A stretch of 63,028 bases of DNA, counting the filler, from Lenisia limosa (Eukaryota; Protista; Breviatea): NCBI GenBank assembly GCA_001655205.1. It is 9 parts of 9 records of this genome, joined end to end, with 100 filler letters (N's around TTAATTAATTAA, not from the genome) between each part and the next. Parts side by side here need not be neighbours in the genome. Positions count along the whole stretch, not along the records: positions 28,499 to 39,858 come from LPNZ01002230.1; positions 39,959 to 57,184 come from LPNZ01006081.1; 7 more parts are not named here. One strand, written 5' to 3'. The notes beneath the pieces are model-generated. The model saw only the letters and a list, made by a program, of their open reading frames with translations, did no database searches and had not been told where the DNA came from. Positions 36,500-49,700 of this stretch are shown here, piece by piece. A program made the position numbers and the translations under genes. How positions within the stretch are numbered: position 1 is the stretch's first letter; every line of letters starts with the position of its first letter.

Positions 36500-39400
36500 C
36501 ACAGAGCAACTCGGATCTATATGTGACAGGCACCTCGACTGAGAGCCTTTCTGAGGCGTTTTCTCGCCCAATGGTGGGAATGTGACGATTATATACCATG
36601 ATATATTGTATGTTTATATGTTATTTGTGTGGACTCCACCAATAGCGCTTTACCACAACAGACAATTGACCCCATGACTTCACTTGGCGTCCTCTCAGGA
36701 TTTCTCTCAACAAAAGTGGGGTTCGTAAATAGGTTGCCTACTTCTGTATTTTTTTTTAGTAAAACAAGCTTGACCTCATAGAAAATGGTAGAGCTCCGAC
36801 GACTCTGTCGACAAGCAAGCCAACTGCTCAACAATGTAACGGGGTGGAAGATCTTTACAAGAACCATTGGAAGACAGATGCTTATTTTGATGGTATTATC
36901 TGTACAATTTATCATATAGTATATAATACTACCATACACAGTAGAATACTATGTCACAAGAACTACCAATGCATCACCCACCACCCTCTACTAAAGTTAA
37001 TTCCATAGTCGGACGTGTACACCCGAGCCCATGGCTTCACTCTCATCTCAACCATCTTTACTGCCGACGTCAGAGAAGCCTGCAATGCAAGATGCTCTAT
37101 CCCGTGCTCAACTCTTGCTATTTCGGTCAGAATCCAGCTCTGGAGTAGGCTGGGTAAAAAGGAGGAAAGTTTGACATTCTTTGTTATCATTGTGGAAAAG
37201 GGGGTTTCTATTCTTCTTTTCACTGACCCTGAAGGTTGCTTGCCCCTGCAACGTGCAGTCGATAAAGCTGTTGAACGCTTGGAGGAAGCCAGTATCGATG
37301 ACATTGCAAACGCCTTGTCCTCCAACCGAGGTGCGTTCGATACGTTTATGTTTCTGAAACTATTTCTTCTCTGTTCAGATGACAATCTAGATAGTGATAT
37401 TGTTAGTGACAGTCTCATATCTGGTGGAGTTAGAGGGTGGCTTGCCGTCTCAACTGCAGTAGACCTTGGACTTGTAGCACTGGTAGGCTCCACAGTAGAA
37501 CTTTTGCAAACAACACCGTAGATTGATTTTATGTGTTTGGTTCCCCTTTTATTGATACAACTTTCATAACCATTTGGTTTCACCCACCCAGGCTCTTATT
37601 ACAAATCCTTCGCGAGAGCTTCTTCCTTGTCTCTTATCCCCAAACCTTCCCCCTGTCATTTTCAGACTGAACGAATCGGTTTGCTGGTGTAATAGGGATG
37701 TTTATTTAGAAGAATTTTCTCAAAAATTTCCTCATACAACTAGATGTTTTGTAATTTCTCCTTTATTAACATACTCAGACGACATCTCCTTCGTCTTTTC
37801 TTGCAGTAAGAGGCTATAGGGCTCTTTCTATTAATCTTGCCAAAGGTCACTGTTCACAATCCGAGTAAATGTCACATTCAAAAAGCAAGGGTTCCTAATT
37901 TAGTTTCTTTGAGTTTCAAACCCAAATTATGAACATTCCTTCCTTTTCTAACCCATATTAAGGGCGCGATCCACTGTGCATCATCCAGTTTCCTCAAATA
38001 CAACCGTGATACCTCTACAGCCCTTCCAGTGGGTGGGGCTTTTTGTGGTAAGGCTTTCCTCAGCTTTCTTGATTTTTTTTATGACTATAAATTAAAATCT
38101 CTTTTTTCATTTACCTTGAAGAAAGCACCAGACTCGACACTTCCTGCAGGACTACAGTGGCTTGAAAAGGTTGGTGGCTTGCCAACAAATTAAGTTCTCT
38201 CATAGGGAGTATACCACCTAATCTTCCGATAAATTTGATAAGTATCATACTCCCACCCCGTGACCCATCCAGAAGCCGGTCACTAGAGATTGGCTCAAGG
38301 AAATAGTACAGCCCGACTCGGTTCAGTTTCCTCTGCTGATGTTCGCTATGTTCATGAATGAGGAAGTTGGCTGGAGCATGGTTTTAATCATTGAAACAAT
38401 CCCAAACCGTCAATTGACCTGCTATTTGATACAACTGTTAATGGCCTAGGTCAACATGAACCTTCTTCAGTTTCCTAACTCCACACCATCTGAGTTGCAC
38501 CCAATACCCGTCGCCTCTACACCATGCCCCCCACACCTCACTCCCCCGCTGGTCTCCTGGGATGGAGATGCTGCCGTTGTGGTGAGCGGATGTGTTACAA
38601 TACTATCACTACCGCAAGCACAAATGACCTCGTGACCTTGTATATGTTACACCATCGAATTGTACCAGTATATATGATATGAATTTATATTGCAATGAGA
38701 ATTGTACTAGGAGAATTTGGGCTTCCCTACGGCCCCAAAAAGAATCATTTCTCAAAAAATCTGCGATATATATACTACATGTATTATGTATTATATCAAT
38801 AATTTTGTTCCTTATTGTTCGGACTGTATTCCTGGAATCTGACCATTTAGGCGCAACAATGGTGGCTCGGCCTTGCCCAGTCCTGTGAACTCTCTGTTCA
38901 CGGCCTCCGCCATCGACAACTCTGGAAAACCAGTTCTTTTGAGCCGCTCTGTCTTGAAGCAAACTTACCAAAAGCGGTAAGTGTCGACTTGCCTCTTTTG
39001 GTTGAGCCATGTGCATCATCGGCAGCCAAATCCCTCCACCAATCCCTCAGCGCTTTAAAAGAACAAGAAGATAAAGAACCTCTGGAAAGCGCCTTTGATA
39101 ACCTGCTTGCTGTACCGATGGGCAACACGCAAATCAACAATCTGATTGGGTCACAAGCCTCGCACTTCTGCTCCCAGGAGACCGCTTTGCCGACGCATAA
39201 CCCGATGTTTAGTCATAGCGAAATCGAAAGTAAGTCAGGGGACGCTCTTAGCCAGGGTTGGGACAATACCCAGTGTTCCACTGTAGTAAGTCAGCCCACA
39301 GTCCCAAGTGGAAGCCAGACCCTGCCCTTGATAGGCCAATCCCAGACCCTTACACAACCTCTTGATGATGCCTCTCTTGCCATGTCTCAGTCCTCCCTCC

Positions 39401-39744
39401 TGTCTAGCACGTCCCAAACGTTGTCCCCTGATAAAGCCTCGTCACCCACACCTTCGGACACCCCCTTGAAGACTCTTTTTTCTCCTCAAAAGGCCCCCAA
39501 ACCTCGATACAGCTTAGTTGCCGCCGAAAACCAAGCCAACACTTGTCAGAATTCCGCTTCCTTGTCCTCATATCCTGCCGCTCCCACAAAAGCATTTGTT
39601 CTACCTTTCAAGAAGACGGAAAGTGCTCCAAGTGAGACGACAGTCCACATGTCGTCCTTCAAACTGAAGCCCCGAAAGAAGCCAAAGAATATCGTGAAAA
39701 TCTCGTCAATGCCCCACCTGGGGGCGCCAACATGGCTGAACTAG
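36500..39744 (+). CDS. Further plus-strand exons ending in a 250-aa Ser/Thr/Gln-rich terminal exon; either the MEI1-like C-terminus or a separate gene
   Basis: A chain of AG/GT-bounded exons (e.g. LKEIVQPDSVQFPLLMFAMFMNEEVGWSM), then ORF 38989-39744 ending LGAPTWLN*. Confidence 0.5.
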
Positions 39745-39958
39745 GCTGACCGTGGCTTCATAGGTGTATTTGTTGTATATTAGAAGACTGTTATTTATTC
39801 CAGAGAAGCAGGAAATGTATTTTTTTTTTGGAGAAGAGGGGGGGGGGGGGGGGGGGGGNNNNNNNNNNNNNNNNNNNNNNNNNNNNNNNNNNNNNNNNNN
39901 NNTTAATTAATTAANNNNNNNNNNNNNNNNNNNNNNNNNNNNNNNNNNNNNNNNNNNN

Positions 39959-41617
39959 TAACAAGAGAAATGCCATACAAATATTATTAACAACAAGCCG
40001 TGTTTTTTAAGCAATCCTGAACAACAGCACTTGAACCCAGCATACCGACTTGCTTGCAGATGTTCTGCACAGTGTCTTTGAATTGGGGGGTGAGAGCAGC
40101 CTCTTTGTTGAAGAGTGTAATGCAGTCCACTTGCCTGTCTCATCATTTCGGGAAAGTCATATGCAAGGAGATGTAACAGACTCAGTTCTCTTGATTAAGG
40201 TAATCCATACCTTTTTCACTTTTCTACTTTCGAAATATAACATTATGATATTGATCGATCATGTCACAGTCACTCTTTTTCAATGTACTTACCGATCACA
40301 GATTTCCTCTAAAGCATAGGCCTTTCGATCGACAATCTAAACTGATAAAAGGGGGAAAGAGAGGAACAAAAACATTTCTCTGAATTGATAAACAAGAAAG
40401 CAAATCAAAGAGAGTCAATCCTACGATTACTGTTGAAAATAGGAAATTGTATGGGAGGAAAGCAGTTGTAATATAGCAATATTGAAAAAAATAGTCTGAA
40501 ACCCATTCCATTAGAAGAAAGTACCCCCACATACGGCTACGGATTTACTGAGAACCTCGTTGTTGTGCTTGAGGGCTTTCCAGCGCTCCTCAACCCTGGG
40601 TTGTCAAATGAATATACAATGTGAAAATTCATAGGTATAGTATTATAGAGACAGTGATATATAATAAATAATACTGCATGAAAAAAAGATCAAAATGAAA
40701 ATAAAAAAATAAAAGTTATATGCAGAAACGAGAAATAAAAAAAGGTGAATCTGAACAAAGCCATCAAGCATACAAGCCTCAGTGACGTTTCAAGGGCGTG
40801 TTACCCCCCACCCCCCTACAGATGGAAGAACTTGACCCCTGCAATTGACGAACCCCTCAATTGAGTAGCGGCCGGGATAGAGTCGTGTTTTGATGGTAAA
40901 AGTGCCCCTAATCCGTGGGACGCCAGAGTAATGCGTCCCTTGGATGGTGAGACGGAATGGGAGACATGGAAAATAAAAAGCAACCCATGCAATAGGCGAA
41001 TAAATATAAATGTGTGAAATGCAGATGGTGTGCGCTCACTTTATTTGACGAAAACATTGCCTCCATAGGCTGAGGGGCGGCAGCTGCCGCAGAGATGGAG
41101 TCTTTGGCTGTAACCTGATGGGGAAGTAAGCTGATGCTGCGCAATAAAGCCAAGGGGATATGAGGAAGAGGAGATGTGGAGATATTTGTTATTTTACAAT
41201 TGAAAGAGGGGAGGGGGCAATCACAAAGCTGCTTCCAGTATTTTTAGTAATCCATTTAGTAAAAGGAACTCAGGTGGAATGGGCAGGCACACTTGCCCCC
41301 CCCCCCCCCCNNNNNNNNNNNNNNNNNNNNNNNNNNNNNNNNNNNNNNNNNNNNNNNNNNNNNNNNNNNNNNNNNNNNNNNNNNNNNNNNNNNNNNNNNN
41401 NNNNNNNNNNNNNNNNNNNNNNNNNNNNNNNNNNNNNNNNNNNNNNATTGCGCGATATCGTGCCATGTGAGACCTTCTTCTGAGTCGCTGGTGTTTCCTT
41501 ATCTGCTGGGGTTGCTGGAAATTCGGATTGGGATGGGGAAGGCTGTGGGGAAGTAGGGGGAGGTGCTGCGGGGCCTCCTAGGTTAAAGGTCTTCTTTATT
41601 GACGAGAAAAACGGCAT
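39959..41617 (-). CDS. Uncharacterised protein, N-terminal part, truncated at spacer
   Basis: ATG at 41617 (MPFFSSIKKTFNLGGPAAPPPTSPQPSP...QKK|gtctc). Later exons GTFTIKTRLYPGRYSIEGFVNCRGQVLPS and VEERWKALKHNNEVLSKSVAV. Confidence 0.5.
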
Positions 41618-42139
41618 TTCAGCTCATTAAGGTGAAGGTGGAGGCTCTACATTCGCCAAAGGTATTTGTTTTTTAATCACTAAACGCACAAAAAAGCCTA
41701 TATTCGCTATAGTATTATTATATTATTATATATTTATTTATTTCTAGATATTTTATGTTATTATTGTTATTATGTTTTTCTCTGTTTACCTTTTTATTTA
41801 ATTGGGGGCGCAAACCGGTGATCCGGTTCCGGCTCTTGGATCTGCTCCTTTATTTTGTTGTGTATTTGTGGTATTATTGTATTATTGTGTTTGATTATTG
41901 TTGTGGTGTGGCGGAGGAGCTGATCACTGTGCAGTCACTATGTGATTGTGGGCTTTTTCTAACCTTGACCCCACTTTGCCTTAACCCACTGTAAGCTGGT
42001 GATGTTGTCGGTTGTGTTATGTTTTCTTCTTACTGATATGATGATTTTTTGAAGATTTGTTTACCTCTTCCTGAACCACCTTAGCGTATATTTACTTAAA
42101 TAATAGGACACGATAAACATAATTTATATTGACTCCCGA

Positions 42140-44825
42140 ACTTCACAGCCAGCCGCCAAGACAGAATTCTAGCGGTTGGTGGGGAGAGGAAGAGTCGGAT
42201 TTCCTCTCATCTGAAATATTTTTCGATTCTGTATCTGTATTATCAAATTGGAAAGTTGGTGGATATGCGCAAAAAATTCAGTTAATAACCCACGCTTGTT
42301 TCTTTTTTATGGAATAGTTGTGTGTGAATGGGGGTAGTTTTTGAGTGTATTTTAATTTGATGGAATGGTTCTGCTTGCAAAAGGACCGGCCTAACTAGCT
42401 GGGAACGAGGAATTTTCCTACTTCTTTGTTATTTTTTTTTAGATATGATAATCTTAAATTTGCGGATTTGTGAATGTTTTTTTTGTCGCACTCCTTAAAT
42501 TAGTTATTACAAAAGATTTTACCCCCAACATATCAGATTGAAAAAGTTGTTGATGAATGCATCAAATTCAATGAGAATGTTAAGAAACCGAAGCTCCCTG
42601 TATGATGTCTATTCCTCTAATATTCTTTTATTTTTAGCGTCACAGATTATTTGGCAACATTTATCAAAAAAGAGGGTCAAGTACAAGCAGCGTTATTGGT
42701 TCGTTTCAATTGTATTCTTAGTTCTGTATCTATCCATATCATCCATATCATCCATATGATATGTTGTTCGTGTTGAAGAGAATTAAGTTATTCAAATGTT
42801 GTAATATATCATATATTACATGTACTATAATATATCATATACTATATCATATCACGATACTATAATACATAGGTTATCATATAATTATACTAATTGTAAT
42901 ATGTGTATTAGTGATATGCAGTCATATCACTTTTTGGGTCATTTTCAAAAACCAAAACGCTAATATACATGTACGTTTGGTAGTACGCGCCATTATATTT
43001 CATGCAATTAATTGCCGGGATTTTTTTTTCAATTAATTGTCTGACCATCGCAAATAATTAGCGTCAAAAAGAGGAACTTCCGTATTTTTGGTTGGGCACA
43101 AGTATATTCTTCAATTCGAAATGAATAACTGTTAAAACCTGGCTACTTTCTACAGTTTCCAACAGCCACTCAATAGTGAGCTTTATTTCAAAATGCTGTA
43201 ATATTCTCTATAAGATGATTTTTTACAATATTAGGCAACTTACGCAATTATTCTCAATTTCCAATTGATTGCTTCGAAAAAAAATGCAAGGTACCCTAGA
43301 AATTCTGCTTTCAATGGGGCTTTCCTGCTACTGTGATGTACAATGTTCTCTTTTGCTCTACAATGTTCTTTCAGCAAAACATATTATAGGGGAGAAGAAT
43401 TATGTAGCAAAGTGAGAAATGAAAAAAAACTGATTTCGCTGATAACTAATGGAAAACTCACTGTTGGTTAAGTCCGAGTGGGAATTCGCTTGGAAATAAT
43501 TGAATTTGCTTGAAAAACTACGGTACTCAATTTCTCTAATCAATATAGGAGCCAAAACCAACACGACTATAAATAAAACAAGTATCATACAGTATATCAT
43601 ATTAAATATACTATATACTATCTAATATGATATGATATACTATATAATTTAGTATATAATATGATAATGTACAGACTTTTTGAGATATAATGAGTATGTT
43701 AATAGTAAGATATGCTGGGGGGACACACAGAAAGCTGTGTGCACATAATAAAATATAGTGATGGTGTGGACGCCTTTTGCCAGACACAACCTTGTTTTTT
43801 TCCCCATCTATTGTTTTACTTTTCCAGCTGTTTCAAAAACCAAAAATAGATTCTTCCAACTTTGCACACTCGTTACCCATGCACGTATTCATCCCGTTTC
43901 TCAGGTGTGTGTGTGTGGGGGGGGGATAGTTTGTTGAAAGCCTCAATTCATTACTAAGAACGTTTGTTGTTCTAGAAGACATTCCGCTTGGAAGTTTACC
44001 AAGGGATAATAATCATATTGTACCTATAACTAGGAGCTTCTCAGTAAAAAAATTATCATGTTCTCTGTGTTTATCAGTAGTGAATTGCCTCTCCAAATAT
44101 TGTGATTTTTACAAATTATACAAACAATTGTATACCTGCACACTGCCCATCCTACCTATTTCTTTTGCCCAACTCGTTTACCGTGCTTTCAGATTTAACA
44201 TGGTGTAGTTAACTGAAGACCTCAGCAATAAAAGCTATCAATCACAGCTGAGCATTCTAAAAAATATGAGCTCTCCAAACACCACTCTGCCTAATCCAAC
44301 CCCTTGTCTGGCAGTACATCCTCCTAAAAAGAGCGACAAGATTGATGATATTTTTGATCGTTCTATGAGACATGTATATGTTTTTTAACAATCTTGGATT
44401 AAATAAGTTGGAGGGAGTTGTTTTGGCTACAACTTGGAGAGAAGGGGGAGGAAGAAGCCCTCGGTCTTGGCTCGTAGTCGCATTTGGTCACCTGTCAGCT
44501 CAACATCCTTCACATTCTTCATGTCCTGTTGGGGGGGGGGGGNNNNNNNNNNNNNNNNNNNNNNNNNNNNNNNNNNNNNNNNNNNNNNNNNNNNNNNNNN
44601 NNNNNNNNNNNNNNNNNNNNNNNNNNNNNNNNNNNNNNNNNNNNNNNNNNNNNNNNNNNNNNNNNNNNNNNNNNNNNNNNNNNNNNNNNNNNNNNNNNNN
44701 NNNNNNNNNNNNNNNNNNNNNNNNNNNNNNNNNNNNCAGCCTTTATTTGGTCGTTTGGGAGGCCGCGGATGTTCAGAATAATCTTGGCCAATTCCTGGAG
44801 TGTTAAGGAAACAAGATTCAGGTAG
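42140..44825 (+). CDS. Possible plus-strand gene(s) of unknown function, scattered short exons
   Basis: Exon-like blocks IEKVVDECIKFNENVKKPKLP (42538-42600) and LTEDLSNKSYQSQLSILKNMSSP...DDIFDRSMRH (about 44210-44373). I could not build a consistent model. Confidence 0.25.
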
Positions 44826-46779
44826 TCTAATTCAAGTCACGACATTGCATAACCATGTAGTGTGTACATAACAATGAGAAATAAAAAACAAGGTTGTGGC
44901 TGGCCGAAGCCGTCCGCACCATCACGCTTATAAGTAAAAGTAACATCAGTACATGCTGGTGCGCAGAAACCCTGTTGTTAATTCGAAAACTCCGTTGTTA
45001 ATTCCAAAAAAACGTAGACTTCACTATTTTTCGACTTACTGGTTGGAACAATATTGTAGAAACCGTTACCAGTCAGGAATCACAAAAAAAAGTTCACTTC
45101 ATAGTCCAGTTCATGGCAAGTATATTGCTCTTTAACTATATTTCCTGGGTGTGGATACAAAGGAATCTAGAATATTGTATTAGGGACAGCAGGGGAGATA
45201 GGCAATGATGACGTGTACCGAATACAGAATTAAAATCAATGATTTAAGAAGCAAATCAGTGTGATTTATCTCCAAAAGAACTGTTTTGTGTCTGCTATTA
45301 GAGCTGCATGAAATGTCGGCATAGAAGTTCTTGGTGTCAATATGAGTGCATATTACATCTTGGGGACATTCATGATGACTTTGGAATCTCTATAAAACAT
45401 ACCAATCATCACCCTCCAACCCAATCATGGCAATTGGTGACAATGCTTGAATTCATGTCACAACTGAGGTTTGATTTGAGTTATTGCCTCTCAACTTTAA
45501 GGTCATCTGTACATGCTTTATTAGATATCACACCGTCCATATATCTGTGAATTCTCCTCTATCTGTGAATTTTTTTGAAATATACGAAAAATTTTGCTAA
45601 AAATATGGCATATCACTAAGAGAATTGTCATAACACTCTTGTTGCTAACAAAAATGACAATAACTTTTATTTGTNNNNNNNNNNNNNNNNNNNNNNNNNN
45701 NNNNNNNNNNNNNNNNNNNNNNNNNNNNNNNNNNNNNNNNNNNNNNNNNNNNNNNNNNNNNNNNNNNNNNNNNNNNGTTATTATTAGGGGTTGGTTCCCT
45801 AGGTCCCAAAAAGACCGATTGAGTATCGATATTTGTTGAGGATTTATCGATAAATTCAGTCTTTTTGGGGACCGAAGGGAAGCCCCTGTTATTATTGTAC
45901 TGGAGCCTCCGTTTACTTGACCTACTTTTCTTTACAAACCTTCTATGATGGACACTATTGAATTCAGACAATAAATTCAAATCATTGAGTCTGGAGAAGA
46001 TCTAGCACCAGATCAGGCTATTTCGTTACAAGCTCAATCTGCTATCCAATCTGATTCAAGACTTGATGGTGCAGAGTCTTCAACTATAAATTTTTTAAAA
46101 GGTGCTGCAGCTGCATTGGCTACAGTACAACTCCGTGATCCCACTTGTGGATAGATTGCCCCTGATTACCAGAGCAATTTCAAGTGATTACCATGAGCTT
46201 TTGAACGATACTCTATTTTCTGTAAATTCAATTGGCCCTGCTTCAGACTTTGTGACGAAACCAGTACAATTATTTGTTTTGGAAAAGGGAGAACAGGTTG
46301 CGATTCAACACCTAGGACAGGTATGATGCTAATACTGTAACTAACTTACAATAAAAGTCATCGCCAATCAAGAAGAAATAAAAGGAAAAGGACCAAAGGA
46401 AAAAAATTATGTTTATCAAGGTGGTGTATTATTACCAATTATGCTGTAATTGAAAAATTTAAGAAGAAGAATCAGAAGAAGAAGAAAAGCTTACCAAGGC
46501 CAAGAACTAGTGTATTGATTTCAAATTATTCTTCAGTCTTCAAAAATATAGATAGTTTTTCAGCATATTTTGATCTCACCAGGGTGTCTTTTTTTAATTT
46601 ATTTTCACTGCATTTTAGATTTAAAACAAAAACAAGATTTTAAAGCAATTTATTATTTCTAGTATTCAAAGAAATATGGTAGAATTATCAGTAGAATATA
46701 AATTTGAATTAACAACGGAGTTTTCGAATTAACAACGGGGTTTCTGTGCACCAGCACATGCAAAACAAGAGCAAATGAG

Positions 46780-49700
46780 AAGAATAGGACATTGTGAAGC
46801 ATAATCGCTGACTTTACCCACCACATTAACTTCGGGGAAGTACGTTTTGAGGTTGGAATAGGGGATGGCAATCGAGTGAGCTGGCCTAAAGGGTGACAAT
46901 GAAGGGTGAATCAAATGTGTGTAGAACTTCACATTTTACAGAAAAGACTGGTAAAACATTAACCATTCATATGCACCATAAAAAAAGAGAACCCTCAATT
47001 CAACTATGCGCTTTACCCCCTCCCCACATTTCAAACAAGGGTTGGAGGAGTCTAATGGGCTGGGCGGCAACAGTGGCTGCACGCCTGTCCACTAAGTCTT
47101 CCACAACATCGAAGATCAGCTCTGCATCTTCCCCAAGCTGAAAGGAATTACATGTTTTCTTGTAATAAATCTCAAAAAAAGTTGTAACATTTTGTTATAC
47201 AATACACTAAGTATATAATCATATGTATGATGCATTATGTATAAAATGATGTAATTGGAGTTCGATCGCGAAGCCAACTTTTGAAGCGAATTTGCTGAGA
47301 GTGTTGGTGAACTTCGACTTGATGGAAATGAGGCACCCCACGTAGTTTTGTGTCACATTTTGGTAGATGATGGCTGCCTGTGAATATAAGAAATGTCAAA
47401 AGAGGTTCTTTTTTTTAGTCTAAAAAAAATGATTATGAAAGGGGTAATAACTCACAAGCTTATCATGAAGGTCTTCATGAACATGGGGGTGCACAAACTC
47501 AAAGAAGGACTTCACAGTTTCGATCAACTCCTCCATGGGACTTTCATCCAAGAGCCTGTTGTGTTAGGTGTGCGGACAACCTTGCTACTTTTCTATCTCA
47601 CGAAAAAAACTTGTTTTTGACAAGTATCACAGTAACGTACCATTCAGGTGTGAAGAACTGAGGATAGAACTGTGACAGCTCATTGTGCACCAATTTAGCC
47701 AGGCCAAATAACGTTTTCTCACTGATTTGGGAGAATCCTGAAAGGTCAACATAAAAAAGCAAAACATAACTTCTTATACATGTTGTCAGAGACACTATTC
47801 ATCATTTCCTAAATTAAATTGATTTTGCCATCAGTGACAACACTCCACACACAATAGCATATAGAAGCCATCTGGCCGAGGAAAGAAAAGCCCCCCCCCC
47901 TCACGAGAGGTGAGGTCAAAGAACCTGCGGGTCACTGCATCCCCAGAATCTCCCTCAAACTCAGGAAATTGGTCCTGGAATTTCTCCATAAACCTGGGTG
48001 TTAAAATGGGCATTGGCTATCAAAAAAACGCACACGATTGGCATACGGAATGGTGAATGGTGGTATTTATCAAGCTTCCAGAACTATTGATGTGGGTGTT
48101 GATGGATGTACTCATTTCTTTTGTTCCCTAGTCCGGTATTGCTTCTTATCATACTCAAAGAGACCAGCAACTGACACTATATATAACAACTTTAGCATAA
48201 GTGCAATCCTGACTCAACCACCATCCTACTCGCAAGAGTAACAGGCGTTGTTGCCAATTGCTACGATCTTCTCCAGTGTGATTTCCTCGGGTGTCTTATC
48301 TGCTCGAAGTTAGAAACATAATAAATAACACGCAGAATATGGTCAGTACAACTACTGGCACTGACGTACCATTTAAGTAGCCGATCCAATTGCTTTGATA
48401 TGCGGATACGACGTTGAGACAGGCCAAAATAACTTTAATGACATCCTGTATATGTTAGCAGTGGAGTGTGGGAATTTGGGGCTCACATATACAAAAGAAC
48501 CATATCGCTAAAGTGAAAGGGATATTTCATACTGGGCTATCAAATACAGGCTATTATAAACCAAGCATCATATGATATGGTTTCATATGACAACCCTTAC
48601 CCACTTGATTGGTTTTCATAACCTTAGACGAAATAGAGAACTGCTGGACCAACATGTTGAAAACCGTACTGGGCCCTGAGGTTTGGGCCACCTTTATTTG
48701 TTAACTACGATAGGGCGAGGGGATTTACGATGATGATACTCATTTAATGAACAAAGTAATAATGTATATGCACAGAAAACTGGAGCAGAAAAGCGGCAAT
48801 TAATTGTAAAATGTACACTTCAAGAAGCACCCTCATCCCACCCCGGTAAACTCGAAATCTTCAAACTCCTGACGGCAAGCATTTGTCATCCATTCTTTCA
48901 TCAGTGTCTGATATTGTGAGAATAATAAAAAAAAATTCTTTCAAGTGCATCTACTTTTTAAACGTTTGGGTAGCATTCAGAGCGATTTGTTGAAGAGTAT
49001 CTACTTTTCGTGTTACTATATATTCTCTTAGTATATTATGCAGTATTGTTTGTGTGTGAGCTCATATGGGCAACTAAAAATAAATATCTATTCCCTACCA
49101 CAAAGATTCCAGAGAAACAAAGAAGAAATCCTTGAGCATACCTCCAATTGTGCCACAAATTTATCCCGCAACGGAAGAAGAAGAGTCCTCAGGTCGGGCT
49201 GAAGGGTTGCTAGGTCTACGCCTAGTTCTTGCAGCGTCGTGTCGTAGTTTGACAAAAACTCCTCTGAAGTGTTGTCAGACGTAAAGCTCAATTATTAAAA
49301 GAAATCGGAATCAACACCACATTAATGAAAGCGTCTCATCATATCAAATCGGTGACGTCATAGTCCAACAAACCAATACTGACAAGTGACGTGGGTGGAA
49401 GAGAGCTGTCCGCTGTGAGTCCCTCAAAAACCCGATAGAACTACGAATCGTAATAATATATGGAAGTGTAATAAGCATTCTTCGCTATCATGTTTATGAA
49501 GTAATGTGTGGAGGGAGAATTAGGTGTTGGAATTGGGCGAAAGAATGGAGGAGTTTGAAATAGTCCCATTTCCCTCTCGTACCTGCTGATGACTGTGTTG
49601 TATGACGTAGAAGAAAATACCGGAGCTAAAGCGTCAGATATACAAGAGAACAAACAAAAACCTTCAACTGGTAAGAGTTATGACAAGTTTAAAAGAAGCG

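Noticed and set aside
45985-46326. Plus-strand gene with TAG readthrough (…QLRDPTCG*IAPDYQ)
   Set aside because: No recognisable protein results. The region more likely holds minus-strand terminal exons or the UTR of Sec6.
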